Positions 33,927 to 42,788 are shown, counted from the stretch's first letter. The stretch: 64,000 bases of DNA from an uncultured Acidobacteriota bacterium (GCA_902826515.1 CADEFD010000007.1:3373-67372), one strand, 5' to 3'. Numbers and translations are program-made. The notes: generated by a model from the sequence alone, not told the origin.

Positions 33927-34481
33927 ATGCAGCGGGCGGTGACGGCGGTCGTGGCGGTGTGGGCCGCCGGGGTCATGGTGGCGTGGTCGCAATCGCGACC
34001 CTCGGTGTCGACGGCGGTCACGAAGGCCGACGTCGAAGCCGTCCTCAAGTATCCGGAGGGCGGCGCGGACCGGCAGATCAAGGTGGTCGACGTCGGCAGG
34101 CTGAACGTCGCTGTGGGCGTGCTGCACCGCGACGCGGTGAAAGACACGGGCTGGCCGGTGCGCGGTCTAAGCCACACCCAGGTGACCGAGGTCTATTACA
34201 TCACCTCGGGGTCGGGCACGCTCGTCACCGGCGGCACGCTGATCGATCAGAAGCCGTTCCCGCCCGACTCCGAAGTGGTCAAGGTGGCCGTCGGGCCGAG
34301 CGTGACGAGCGCCAGCCAGAACGGCCAGACCCGCGTGGTCTCGGCCGGCGACATCGTGGTGATTCCGGCCGGGATGTTCCACGGCTGGAAGGAAGTGCCC
34401 AGCCACGTGACCTACGTGAGCATCCGGCCGGATCCCGACCGGGTGCTGCCGGCGGGCTACGTCAGCCCGGCGATCAAATAG
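33927..34481 (+). CDS. Exported single-cupin protein, same module as the bicupin
   Basis: ATG lies after AGGAAGGA. Signal peptide MQRAVTAVVAVWAAGVMVAWSQS. The motifs SHTQVTEVYYITSGSGTL...AGDIVVIPAGMFHGW...VTYVSIRPD parallel both halves of 30512..31465. Confidence 0.65.
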   Translation: MQRAVTAVVAVWAAGVMVAWSQSRPSVSTAVTKADVEAVLKYPEGGADRQIKVVDVGRLNVAVGVLHRDAVKDTGWPVRGLSHTQVTEVYYITSGSGTLVTGGTLIDQKPFPPDSEVVKVAVGPSVTSASQNGQTRVVSAGDIVVIPAGMFHGWKEVPSHVTYVSIRPDPDRVLPAGYVSPAIK

Positions 34482-34513
34482 CGCGGCCCCCGCGCGCGAC
34501 GTCGGTGTTTTTT
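34481..34513 (+). terminator. Possible intrinsic terminator after the cupin gene
   Basis: GCGCGG-CCC-CCGCGC hairpin starting at the stop codon, then the CGACGTCG palindrome and a T6 run (34508-34513). T6 runs are rare in this DNA. The geometry is imperfect. Confidence 0.35.
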
Positions 34514-34696
34514 CCGGGCGGCTCTCCTGCCAGAGCCGATGGGGTGGGCGGCGTTCGACGACAGCGCCGTCTGCCGCTCGAGGCCCGCGTTCGGCCCTTA
34601 CTCGACGGGGCCGGACGCGGGCGCGCCGGACCGCCGCGCGCCAACCGACCCGACGAACCCTGCGACTGGACTTTCCGTTTGAGTGAGGAGCCGACG

Positions 34697-35614
34697 ATGA
34701 CGCTGCGACTGTGTACGACCTGGTGTGTGATGGTGCTCCTGAGCCTGCCCGCCGTGAGCTACGGCCAGCTCACCGCCGAGCACGAGGAGCTGTCAGGAAT
34801 CATCGATGTCCACCAGCACGTGGGGCCTGCCACGCAGCTGTCGATTCCGCGCTCGCTCGATGCGATCGAGACCGCGCAGATTGCCAAGCGGCATGGCATG
34901 AGGGCAATCGTGTTCAAGCAGCACTACCTCGAGACGGCCTCGTGGGCCTACCTCGTCTCGAAGGTGGTGCCCGGCATCCAGCTGTTCGGCGGCGTCGCCC
35001 TCAATCGCTCTGTGGGCGGGCTCAACCCGAATGCGGTCGAGCAGGTGGCGACGTTCCGCGGCGGGTTCGGCCGGGTGGTCTACTTTCCGACCTTCGAGTC
35101 GGAGCACTACAACCCAGGCTCGCCCATCGCGGTGCCGATCTCGAAGAACGGGCAGCTGCTGCCGGCGGTCTTCGACGTGCTGACGGTGATGGCAAAGTAC
35201 GACATGAGCATGTCGACCGGCCACTCCAGCCCGGCCGAGTCGTTGCTGCTCATCAAGGCGGCGAAGGAGAAGGGCGTCAACCGCATCTACGTCCAGCACC
35301 CGATGCTCGACCGCGTCGGCATGACCATCGATCAGCAGAAGGAGGCCGCGAAGATGGGCGCGCTGCTCGAGTACGTGATTGGCGAGGCGCTCGGCGCGCC
35401 CAAGGCGTTCGAACACTGGGCCGAGGGGATCCGCGCCGTCGGGCCGCAGAACGTGATCATCTCGACCGACCTCGGCCAGGTCGGCCGGCCGATTCCCACC
35501 GACGGCTACAAGGCGGTGCTGCCGCGGCTCAGGAAGTTCGGTTTCACCCAGGCGGAACTCGACGTGATGACCAAGACCAACCCGGCCCGGTTCATCGGCA
35601 TCGACAAGTGGTGA
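34697..35614 (+). CDS. Exported metal-dependent amidohydrolase-fold (TIM-barrel) protein
   Basis: SD GAGGAG. Signal peptide MTLRLCTTWCVMVLLSLPAVSYGQ. IIDVHQHVGP (the HxH metal motif at the start of strand 1), ...MSTGHSS..., ...IYVQHP..., and ...IISTDLGQ (Asp of strand 8) fit the amidohydrolase superfamily. Confidence 0.7.
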   Translation: MTLRLCTTWCVMVLLSLPAVSYGQLTAEHEELSGIIDVHQHVGPATQLSIPRSLDAIETAQIAKRHGMRAIVFKQHYLETASWAYLVSKVVPGIQLFGGVALNRSVGGLNPNAVEQVATFRGGFGRVVYFPTFESEHYNPGSPIAVPISKNGQLLPAVFDVLTVMAKYDMSMSTGHSSPAESLLLIKAAKEKGVNRIYVQHPMLDRVGMTIDQQKEAAKMGALLEYVIGEALGAPKAFEHWAEGIRAVGPQNVIISTDLGQVGRPIPTDGYKAVLPRLRKFGFTQAELDVMTKTNPARFIGIDKW

Positions 35615-35923
35615 CGTGTGGGCCGTCCCGCGCCGGGGCGGCTCACCCGTCACCCGCCCGCGGCCCTGGCGGCGGCCCCATCCCGGGCCCCGTCAGGGAG
35701 CGGCCGCGAGCTTGACGAGCCCTCGTCCCTGACGTCCTGCGAACCACCGATTCCGGCTGACAGACGCCGTGGTTCGGTGTAGTTTGACGGCACTCGGAAG
35801 TCCCGGTCATGGCACGGTCTGCCGCCGCCGATACGTCGGCGGGCGGCTCGACGTGTCTCAGGGCCGCGACGGACGCGTCATCCGGCATCCAGCCGGGCCG
35901 GCGCTCGGGTAACGAGGACGTGC

Positions 35924-38362
35924 ATGACGAGAGTTCCTGCCGCGCTGGTCGCCCTGGCCCTGCCGGCCGTGGTCACCGCGCTATCGGCGGCACAGGCGCC
36001 CCGGCCGGTGACGCCGGCGCCGCGTCCGGCGGCTTCACACGCCCCGGTCGCCGCGACGTCGGCGTCGAACAACGAGACCATCCAGACCTACTGCGTAGGC
36101 TGTCACAACGACCGCTCGAAGTCGGGCGGCCTGTCGCTGGCGGCGTTCGACGTCGCGAAGGCAGACGCGCACGCCGACGTGGCCGAGAAGGTCGTGCGCA
36201 AGCTGCGCACCGGCATGATGCCGCCGCGCGGCGCGTCGAAGAAGCTCGAGGCGCCGGCGCGTGACGCGCTGGCCGCCGCACTCGAGACCACGCTCGACCG
36301 CAGCGCGGCCGTGAACCGCAACCCCGGCCGCCGGTCGTTCCAGCGTCTCAACCGCGCCGAATACGTGGCGGCCGTACGCACGCTCGTCGGCCTCGACATC
36401 GACGTCAGCCAGTACCTCCCGGCCGACACCATCAGCGCCAGCTTCGACAACATCGCCGACGTGCAGATGCCGTCGGCCACCGTGATGCAGGGGTACCTGC
36501 GCGCCGCGGCCTACGTGAGCCGTATCGCGGTGGGCGACCCCACCATCGACGCCACCTCCACGCAGTACGAAGTGCCGCGCACGCTCTCGCAGAAGGAACG
36601 GCTCGAGGGCGCGCCGTTCGGCACCCGCGGCGGCACCGTCGTGACGCACAACTTCCCGGCCGACGGGAAGTACAAGTTCCAGATGCTGCTGCACGGCGAA
36701 CCCACCGGGTATCTCTTCGGCCGCACGATGCGCGCCATCGAGATGGAAGTGGCCGTGGACGGCGAACGCGTGGCGCTCGTGAAGGTCGATCGCTGGATGT
36801 CGGAATCCGATCCCGATGGCCTCACGCTCTCGACCGCGCCCATCTACGTGCGCGCCGGCGCCCGCCAGGTGTCGGCCACCTTCATCCAGGAATTCGAGGG
36901 CGCGGAAGACGACCTCATCAAGCCCATCGACCACACGCTCGCCGACACGCAGATCGGCGTCGGGTATGGTGTGACCACACTCGCGCACCTGCGCAACCTG
37001 TCGGTCGTGGGGCCGTATGAAGCCACCGGCGTGTCGGATCATCCCGCCCGCCGCAACATCTTCACCTGCCGCCCGACGGCGCCCGGGGAAGACGTGGCCT
37101 GCGCCCGCGGCATCCTGCAGCGCCTCGCCACCCAGGCCTACCGCCGGCCGGCCACGAAGGCCGATGTCGATCAGCTGATGACGTTCTACAGCCAGGCGGC
37201 GAAGACGGACGGCTTCGAAGCCGGCATCCGCCAGTCGCTCCAGGCGCTGCTCACGAGCCTCCACTTCGTGTTCCGCGTCGAGGCGACCCCGGCCGGCGTC
37301 AAGCCCGGTGCGGCGTATCGCGTGAGCGATCTCGACCTCGCCTCGCGTCTCTCGTTCTTCCTCTGGAGCACGCTGCCCGATCGCGAGCTGCTCGACGTGG
37401 CGGCGCGCGGCGGCCTGACGCGGCCCGAGATGGCCGACCGCCAGGTGCGCCGGATGCTCGACGATCAGCGGTCGTCGGCCCTCGGCACGCGCTTCGCAGC
37501 GCAGTGGCTGCGCCTGCAGGACCTGACCAAGGTCGAACCCGACGCCCTGTCGTTCCCCTACTTCGACGAGTCGCTCGCCGAGGCGATGGGGCGCGAAACC
37601 GAGCTGCTCTTCGAACACCTCGTGAAGGAAGACCGCTCGGCGCTCGAACTGCTCACGGCCGACTACACGTTCGTGAACGAGCGGCTGGCGCGGCACTACG
37701 GCATTGCCGGCGTCAGCGGGCCGACGTTCCGCAAGGTCAGTTATCCCGACGACACGCGCCGCGGCCTGCTCGGCCACGGCAGCGTGCTCACACTCACCTC
37801 GCACGGCAACCGCACGTCGCCGGTGCTGCGCGGCAAGTGGGTGATGGAAGTGCTGCTCGGCAGCCCGCCGCCGCCGCCGCCGCCGAACGTGCCGGAACTC
37901 GAAGCCACCAAGGCCACCACCGCCGGCCGTCTGCTGTCGGTGGCCGAGCAGCTCGCGTCGCATCGCGCCAGCCCCGTGTGCAGCTCGTGCCACAACGTGA
38001 TCGACCCGATCGGGCTCTCGCTCGACAACTTCGACGTCACCGGCGCCTGGCGCATCAAGGATCGCGGCGTGCCGGTGAACGCGTCGGGGCAGCTCTACGA
38101 CGGCACCCCGCTCAACGGCGTGGGTGACCTGCGGGCGGCGCTCGTGGCGCGCTCGGACGTGTTCGTGACGCACCTCACCGAACGGCTGCTCTCGTACGCG
38201 CTCGGCCGCCGGGTCGAGTACTACGACATGCCCACGGTGCGGCAGATCGTGAAGGATGCGAAGGCCGCCGACTACCGGATGTCGGCTCTCATTCTCGGCG
38301 TCGTGCGCAGTGCGGCTTTCCGCACGGCGAGCGCCGACCAGACCGACGACACCCGGCAGTAG
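35924..38362 (+). CDS. DUF1592-family protein (with DUF1587/1595/1588/1585-type regions) carrying an N-terminal CxxCH motif
   Basis: 812 aa with signal peptide MTRVPAALVALALPAVVTALSAAQA. It carries TYCVGCHNDRSKSGGLSL...KLRTGMMPP, LFWSTLPDRELLD, DYTFVNERLARHYGI, a PPPPPPPNVP stretch, ...HR....C..CH..IDPIG..LDNFD..G.WR and LSYALGR..EYYD. Confidence 0.85.
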   Translation: MTRVPAALVALALPAVVTALSAAQAPRPVTPAPRPAASHAPVAATSASNNETIQTYCVGCHNDRSKSGGLSLAAFDVAKADAHADVAEKVVRKLRTGMMPPRGASKKLEAPARDALAAALETTLDRSAAVNRNPGRRSFQRLNRAEYVAAVRTLVGLDIDVSQYLPADTISASFDNIADVQMPSATVMQGYLRAAAYVSRIAVGDPTIDATSTQYEVPRTLSQKERLEGAPFGTRGGTVVTHNFPADGKYKFQMLLHGEPTGYLFGRTMRAIEMEVAVDGERVALVKVDRWMSESDPDGLTLSTAPIYVRAGARQVSATFIQEFEGAEDDLIKPIDHTLADTQIGVGYGVTTLAHLRNLSVVGPYEATGVSDHPARRNIFTCRPTAPGEDVACARGILQRLATQAYRRPATKADVDQLMTFYSQAAKTDGFEAGIRQSLQALLTSLHFVFRVEATPAGVKPGAAYRVSDLDLASRLSFFLWSTLPDRELLDVAARGGLTRPEMADRQVRRMLDDQRSSALGTRFAAQWLRLQDLTKVEPDALSFPYFDESLAEAMGRETELLFEHLVKEDRSALELLTADYTFVNERLARHYGIAGVSGPTFRKVSYPDDTRRGLLGHGSVLTLTSHGNRTSPVLRGKWVMEVLLGSPPPPPPPNVPELEATKATTAGRLLSVAEQLASHRASPVCSSCHNVIDPIGLSLDNFDVTGAWRIKDRGVPVNASGQLYDGTPLNGVGDLRAALVARSDVFVTHLTERLLSYALGRRVEYYDMPTVRQIVKDAKAADYRMSALILGVVRSAAFRTASADQTDDTRQ

Positions 38363-38379
38363 TCACACGGAGCAGACAG

Positions 38380-39789
38380 ATGGTCCTGACCAAGAAGCAC
38401 GTTTCACGCCGCTCGATGCTGCGTGGCATGGGCGCCACCGTGGCGCTGCCGTTCCTCGAGTCGATGGTGCCGGCCGGTGCGGCGTATGCGAAGACCAGCG
38501 CCGCCAAGGCGGCCGGCAAGGTGCGCCTCGTCTGCATCGAGCAGGTGCACGGCGCCGCCGGCATCAGCGAGTTCGGCCAGGCGCAGCACATGTGGAACCC
38601 GGCCGCGACCGGCCGCCGGTTCGACATCAGCAAGGGCAGCCTGAGCCCGCTCGAGGCGTTCCGCGACCAGCTCACGATCGTGAGCCAGACGGATGCGCGG
38701 ATGGCCGAGGCCATGTCGGCCCCGGAAGTGGGCGGCGACCACTTCCGCTCGAGCGCCGTGATGTACACGCACGCTCATCCCAAGCTCACCGAAGGATCGG
38801 ACGTGCGCGTCGGCACGTCGATGGACCAGCTCTACGTGCAGCGCCACGGCAAGGACACGCCGATCCCGTCGATGCAGCTCAGCATCGAGCCCGTCGATCA
38901 GTCGGGCGGCTGCGCCTACGGCTACGCCTGCGTCTACACCGACACCATCAGCTGGGCGACGCCGGAAACGCCGCTGCCGATGATCCGCGACCCGCGGATG
39001 GTGTTCGAGCAGCTCTTCGGCTCCGGCGGCACGCCCGAGCAGCGCGCGGCCCGGCGCGCCACCGACAAGAGCATCCTCGACATGCTCAGCACGCAGATGG
39101 CCGACCTGCGCCGGTCGCTCGGACCGTCTGACCGCCAGCGCCTCGACCAGTACGGCACCAACATCCGTGAAATCGAGTCGCGCATCGCCCGCATCGAGGC
39201 GCGCAACACGAGCGGCGACGCGCGCGAGCTGCCGGGCGCCCCGGCCGGCGTGCCCGACTCGTTCGAAGAACACGTGAAGCTGATGTTCGACCTGCAGGTG
39301 CTGGCCTTCTCGTCCGACACCACGCGTGTCTTCTCGTTCAAGATGGGCCGCGACGGCTCGGGCCGCGTCTACCCGGGCAGCGGCATCTCCCGCGGCTTCC
39401 ACGACGCCTCGCACCACGGCGCCTCGGAAGACCGGATCAAGGAATTCGCCGAGATCAACAAGTACCACGTGTCGATGCTGCCGTATTTCCTCGAGAAGCT
39501 GCAGGGCACGATGGACGGCGAGGCGAACCTGCTCGACAAGACCCTCATCCTCTACGGTTCGCCGATGGCCGTCGGCAACACGCACAACCATCGCAACTGC
39601 CCGCTCATCGTGCTCGGCAAGGGCGGCGGCGCCATCGAGCCCGGCCGTCACATCCGCGCGCAGGAAGGCACACCGATGGCGAACGTGATGCTCACGCTGC
39701 TGCGCAACCTCGGCCTCGACGACCTGCAGAGTTTCGGCGACAGCACGGGCGAATTCTCGTTCACCGCGCCCGACAGCACGGTGGCCTGA
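38380..39789 (+). CDS. DUF1552-family protein with a Tat-type signal
   Basis: SRRSMLRGMGATVALPFLESM at the N-terminus. Motifs ...DTTRVFSFKMGRDGS..., ...HHG..., ...ILYGSPMAVGNTHNHRNCPLIVLGKGGG are typical of DUF1552. The gene starts 17 nt after the DUF1592 gene. Confidence 0.85.
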   Translation: MVLTKKHVSRRSMLRGMGATVALPFLESMVPAGAAYAKTSAAKAAGKVRLVCIEQVHGAAGISEFGQAQHMWNPAATGRRFDISKGSLSPLEAFRDQLTIVSQTDARMAEAMSAPEVGGDHFRSSAVMYTHAHPKLTEGSDVRVGTSMDQLYVQRHGKDTPIPSMQLSIEPVDQSGGCAYGYACVYTDTISWATPETPLPMIRDPRMVFEQLFGSGGTPEQRAARRATDKSILDMLSTQMADLRRSLGPSDRQRLDQYGTNIREIESRIARIEARNTSGDARELPGAPAGVPDSFEEHVKLMFDLQVLAFSSDTTRVFSFKMGRDGSGRVYPGSGISRGFHDASHHGASEDRIKEFAEINKYHVSMLPYFLEKLQGTMDGEANLLDKTLILYGSPMAVGNTHNHRNCPLIVLGKGGGAIEPGRHIRAQEGTPMANVMLTLLRNLGLDDLQSFGDSTGEFSFTAPDSTVA

Positions 39790-39808
39790 CCTCATGGAGA
39801 TCCGCCAG

Positions 39809-41578
39809 ATGCCACGCCCGTTCCGTTCCTCGTTGTGCGTGATCGCGGTCGCGGCGCTCGTCGCCGCCGGCCCGGTCGCGCGTCCGGCCGCCGCGGCCGC
39901 CGATGCCCCCGTGGCGGATGCCGCCATGAAGAGCCGCAGCACCGACGTGCGCACGCTGCTCAAAAGCGGCGCCGACGTCAACGCGGCGCAGGCCGACGGC
40001 ATGACGGCGCTGCACTGGGCGGCGCTCAACGGCGACCTCGCCACGATCGACCTGCTGCTGCTGGCCGGCGCCACGCGTGAATCGCTGACCCGGGTGGGCG
40101 CCTACACGCCGCTCCACCTGGCCAGCCAGCGCGGGCACGCCGGAGCCGTCGCGAAGCTGCTCGACGCCGGCGCGAAAGTGCAGCCGTTCACCGCCACCGG
40201 CGTGCAGGCGCTGCACCTGGCGGCGCAGGCGGGCGATGTCGCGGCGGTGAAGGCGCTGCTCGACCACGGCGCCGACATCGACGCGCAGGACAAGACACAC
40301 GGCCGCACGGCGCTCGTCTTCGCGGTGTCGAAGGATCGGCGCGAGGTGCTCTCGCTGCTGGCGTCGCGTGGCGCGAAACTGACTCTGACCACCACCGTCA
40401 TCGACTACCGCGAACGCGCGGCCGCCGATCGCACGGCCCGCGAGACCCGCGACCGCATCGTCTCGGCCACGACCGGCCGCAAGGTGGATTCGAGCTTCGA
40501 TCCGGATCCGCCGCCGCCCGGCACCGTGAACGTGGGCGGCGTGCAGAACGGGCGTGGCGCGCCGCCGGTGGCCGCGGCCGGGGGCGCGGCGCCGCGCCGG
40601 CCGCCGTCGGACATCGAACAGATCGGCCGTCAGGGCGGCTTCACCGCCCTGCACTACGCCGCGCGCGACGGCTACGCGGCCGCGGCCGTGGCGCTCGTGG
40701 ATGCCGGCCTCGACGTGAACGTGCCCTCCGCCGGCGATCACTCGACGCCGATGACGGTGGCCCTCATCAACGGGCAGTACGACCTGGCGCTGACGCTGCT
40801 GAAGCGTGGCGCCGATCCGAACCTGGCCAACGACGACGGCGTGACGCCGCTCTTCGCGACGCTCAACAACGAGTGGGCGCTGCGCACCTGGTACCCGCAG
40901 CCCACCGCCGGCGGCCAGCAGCGCGCCTCGTATCTCGACGTGCTCGAGACGCTGCTCAAGGCCGGCGCCGATCCCAACCGCCGCACTCTCTCGCACATCT
41001 GGTACGCCGCCTACAACACCGGCCGCATGGGCGTCGACTTCGCCGGCGCCACGCCGTTCTGGCGCGCCGCCTACGCCCTCGACGTCGAGGCGATGCGCCT
41101 GCTCACGCGCTACGGCGCCGATCCCGACATCCCGAGCATGACCTACGGCGCCACGCGCCGGCCCACCGATGCCTCGGGCCTCGAGAGCGTGCCTCAGGGC
41201 GGGCCGCACGTGCCGGCCTTCCACGCCGCGAGCGGCGTGGGCTACGGCACCTCGCGCGTCGCGCAGCAGCACCGGCACGTGCCGGAGGGCTGGCTGCCGG
41301 CGGCCAAGTACTTCGTCGAGGAACTCGGCGTGAATGTGAACATCCGCGACGCCGACGGCTTCACGGCGCTCCATCACGCCGCCGCGCGCGGCGACAACGA
41401 CGCCGTGAAGTACCTCGTGAGCAAGGGCGCCGATGTCCGGGCCGTCAACCGCGTCGGCCAGACCACGGCCGACATGGCCAACAGCCCGGAACAGCGCACG
41501 CAGCCGTTTCCCGACACGCTGGCACTGCTCGAGTCGCTCGGGGCGACCAACAACCACAACTGCCGCGCCTGCAAGTAG
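39809..41578 (+). CDS. Exported ankyrin-repeat protein
   Basis: ATG at 39809 lies 7 nt after GGAGAT; the track start 39794 is also possible. Signal peptide MPRPFRSSLCVIAVAALVAAGPVARPAAAAA. There are multiple ANK repeats (DGMTALHWAALNGDLATIDLLLLAGA; TPLHLASQRGHAGAVAKLLDAGA; ALHLAAQAGDVAAVKALLDHGADIDA; GFTALHYAARDGYAAAAVALVDAGLDVN; GFTALHHAAARGDNDAVKYLVSKGADV). Confidence 0.85.
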   Translation: MPRPFRSSLCVIAVAALVAAGPVARPAAAAADAPVADAAMKSRSTDVRTLLKSGADVNAAQADGMTALHWAALNGDLATIDLLLLAGATRESLTRVGAYTPLHLASQRGHAGAVAKLLDAGAKVQPFTATGVQALHLAAQAGDVAAVKALLDHGADIDAQDKTHGRTALVFAVSKDRREVLSLLASRGAKLTLTTTVIDYRERAAADRTARETRDRIVSATTGRKVDSSFDPDPPPPGTVNVGGVQNGRGAPPVAAAGGAAPRRPPSDIEQIGRQGGFTALHYAARDGYAAAAVALVDAGLDVNVPSAGDHSTPMTVALINGQYDLALTLLKRGADPNLANDDGVTPLFATLNNEWALRTWYPQPTAGGQQRASYLDVLETLLKAGADPNRRTLSHIWYAAYNTGRMGVDFAGATPFWRAAYALDVEAMRLLTRYGADPDIPSMTYGATRRPTDASGLESVPQGGPHVPAFHAASGVGYGTSRVAQQHRHVPEGWLPAAKYFVEELGVNVNIRDADGFTALHHAAARGDNDAVKYLVSKGADVRAVNRVGQTTADMANSPEQRTQPFPDTLALLESLGATNNHNCRACK

Positions 41579-41604
41579 GCGCGTTTCCCGGAGTGAGATC
41601 GCGT

Positions 41605-42243
41605 ATGTCGTCGATGGTGTGGATGCGTTCGCTGACCGTGGCCATGCTGGCCGTCGTGGGGATGGCGGCTCCGGCGGCCGCGCAGCGTGTCGTGGGCACG
41701 GGCGCGTCGGGCCCGGCGCCGGAACCGGTCGTGCTCGACAACACCGGGCTCTTCCAGGAGAAGTTCGTGAGCGTGGGTGACGACCTCTTCATCGGCGGGC
41801 AGCCCACGGAGAAGGCGCTGCGCGAGCTGAAGGCGAAGGGCGTCACCACGGTCGTGAATCTGCGGATGCCGCAGGAGATGGCGCAGATCGGCTTCGACGA
41901 AGCGGCGCTGCTCAAGGAGCTCGGCATCACCTACGTGCACATCCCGATGCGCGGCTCCGCCGAAAATCCCTACGGCCCGGCGCAGCTCGATACCTTTGCC
42001 AGCACGCTCGCCGGCGCGCGGGGCAAGGTACTGCTGCACTGCACGGTGGCATGGCGCGCCAGCCATCTCTGGGGCGCATATCTCATTCGCGACCGCAAGA
42101 TGCCTGTGGAAACCGTGCTCGCCCAGACGCGGAAGATCAACCTGCGCGACGACGCCCCCTTCGGCACGCAGCAGCCGATCGAAGGCTTCCTGGCGAAGCC
42201 GGTGCCGGGGCTCCTTCCGCCCAAGCCCAGACCGCAGCCCTGA
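41605..42243 (+). CDS. Exported DUF442 / dual-specificity-phosphatase-like protein (tentative)
   Basis: Signal peptide MSSMVWMRSLTVAMLAVVGMAAPAAAQ. The segments FIGGQPTEKALRELKAKGVTTVVNLR and KVLLHCTVAWRASHLW (a Cys-x4-Arg P-loop-like motif) resemble the DUF442 phosphatase-like family, from memory. Confidence 0.6.
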   Translation: MSSMVWMRSLTVAMLAVVGMAAPAAAQRVVGTGASGPAPEPVVLDNTGLFQEKFVSVGDDLFIGGQPTEKALRELKAKGVTTVVNLRMPQEMAQIGFDEAALLKELGITYVHIPMRGSAENPYGPAQLDTFASTLAGARGKVLLHCTVAWRASHLWGAYLIRDRKMPVETVLAQTRKINLRDDAPFGTQQPIEGFLAKPVPGLLPPKPRPQP

Positions 42244-42273
42244 GCGCGTCGCGCCACAGACCGCACCAAATGA

Positions 42274-42302
42274 AAACGGCCGCCGGAATCCGGCGGCCGT
42301 TT
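42274..42302. terminator. Bidirectional intrinsic terminator between convergent genes
   Basis: AAACGGCCGCCGG-AAT-CCGGCGGCCGTTT, a perfect 13-bp stem. On the minus strand it is followed by TTTTCATTT, and on the plus strand the stem ends in TTT. Confidence 0.7.
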
Positions 42303-42332
42303 CAACGTACGCGCCCCGTCGCGGGGCGGCGG

Positions 42333-42788
42333 TTACTTGCGCTTCTTGTAGGTCACGTGCGTCACGCCCGTGATCTTGCCGTCCTTGTCGAGGCGGATGT
42401 ACTCGTTGTTGATCGTCATGTTGTCTTCCGACAGCGTGTTGATCACGACCTGGTAGACCACGCCGTTCCGCTTGTTGAGGATGCGGATGCTCTTGGCGCT
42501 GCCGTTGATGAGCTCGACCGCGGTTTCGGAACCGGGCTGGCCCGACACGGGGCGGAAGACGCCGTCGAACATGGTCACGTAGCCCCAGGCGGCTTCGGGC
42601 TTGCTGGGGTTGCTCACGGTGAGCTTGCTGCCGCCCTTCTCGAAGGCCTCGTAGGTCATCACGTTGTTCGGGTCGGTGGTGTTGTCCCACACCCCGAAGC
42701 GCAGCTCGGCCTGAGCGAAGCTCGGCGTGGCGGAGAAGAGCGCGATGGTGGCAACGGCGGAGCAGACGAGCAGATTCAGGTGTCGCAT
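42333..42788 (-). CDS. Small exported protein of atypical composition (hypothetical, possibly lipocalin-like beta-barrel)
   Basis: ATG at 42788 (AGAGGA upstream). Signal peptide MRHLNLLVCSAVATIALFSATPSFAQA. The mature part is rich in Asn, Lys and Thr and ends ...THVTYKKRK. The local G+C is visibly lower than the surroundings. Confidence 0.65.
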   Translation of the reverse strand: MRHLNLLVCSAVATIALFSATPSFAQAELRFGVWDNTTDPNNVMTYEAFEKGGSKLTVSNPSKPEAAWGYVTMFDGVFRPVSGQPGSETAVELINGSAKSIRILNKRNGVVYQVVINTLSEDNMTINNEYIRLDKDGKITGVTHVTYKKRK

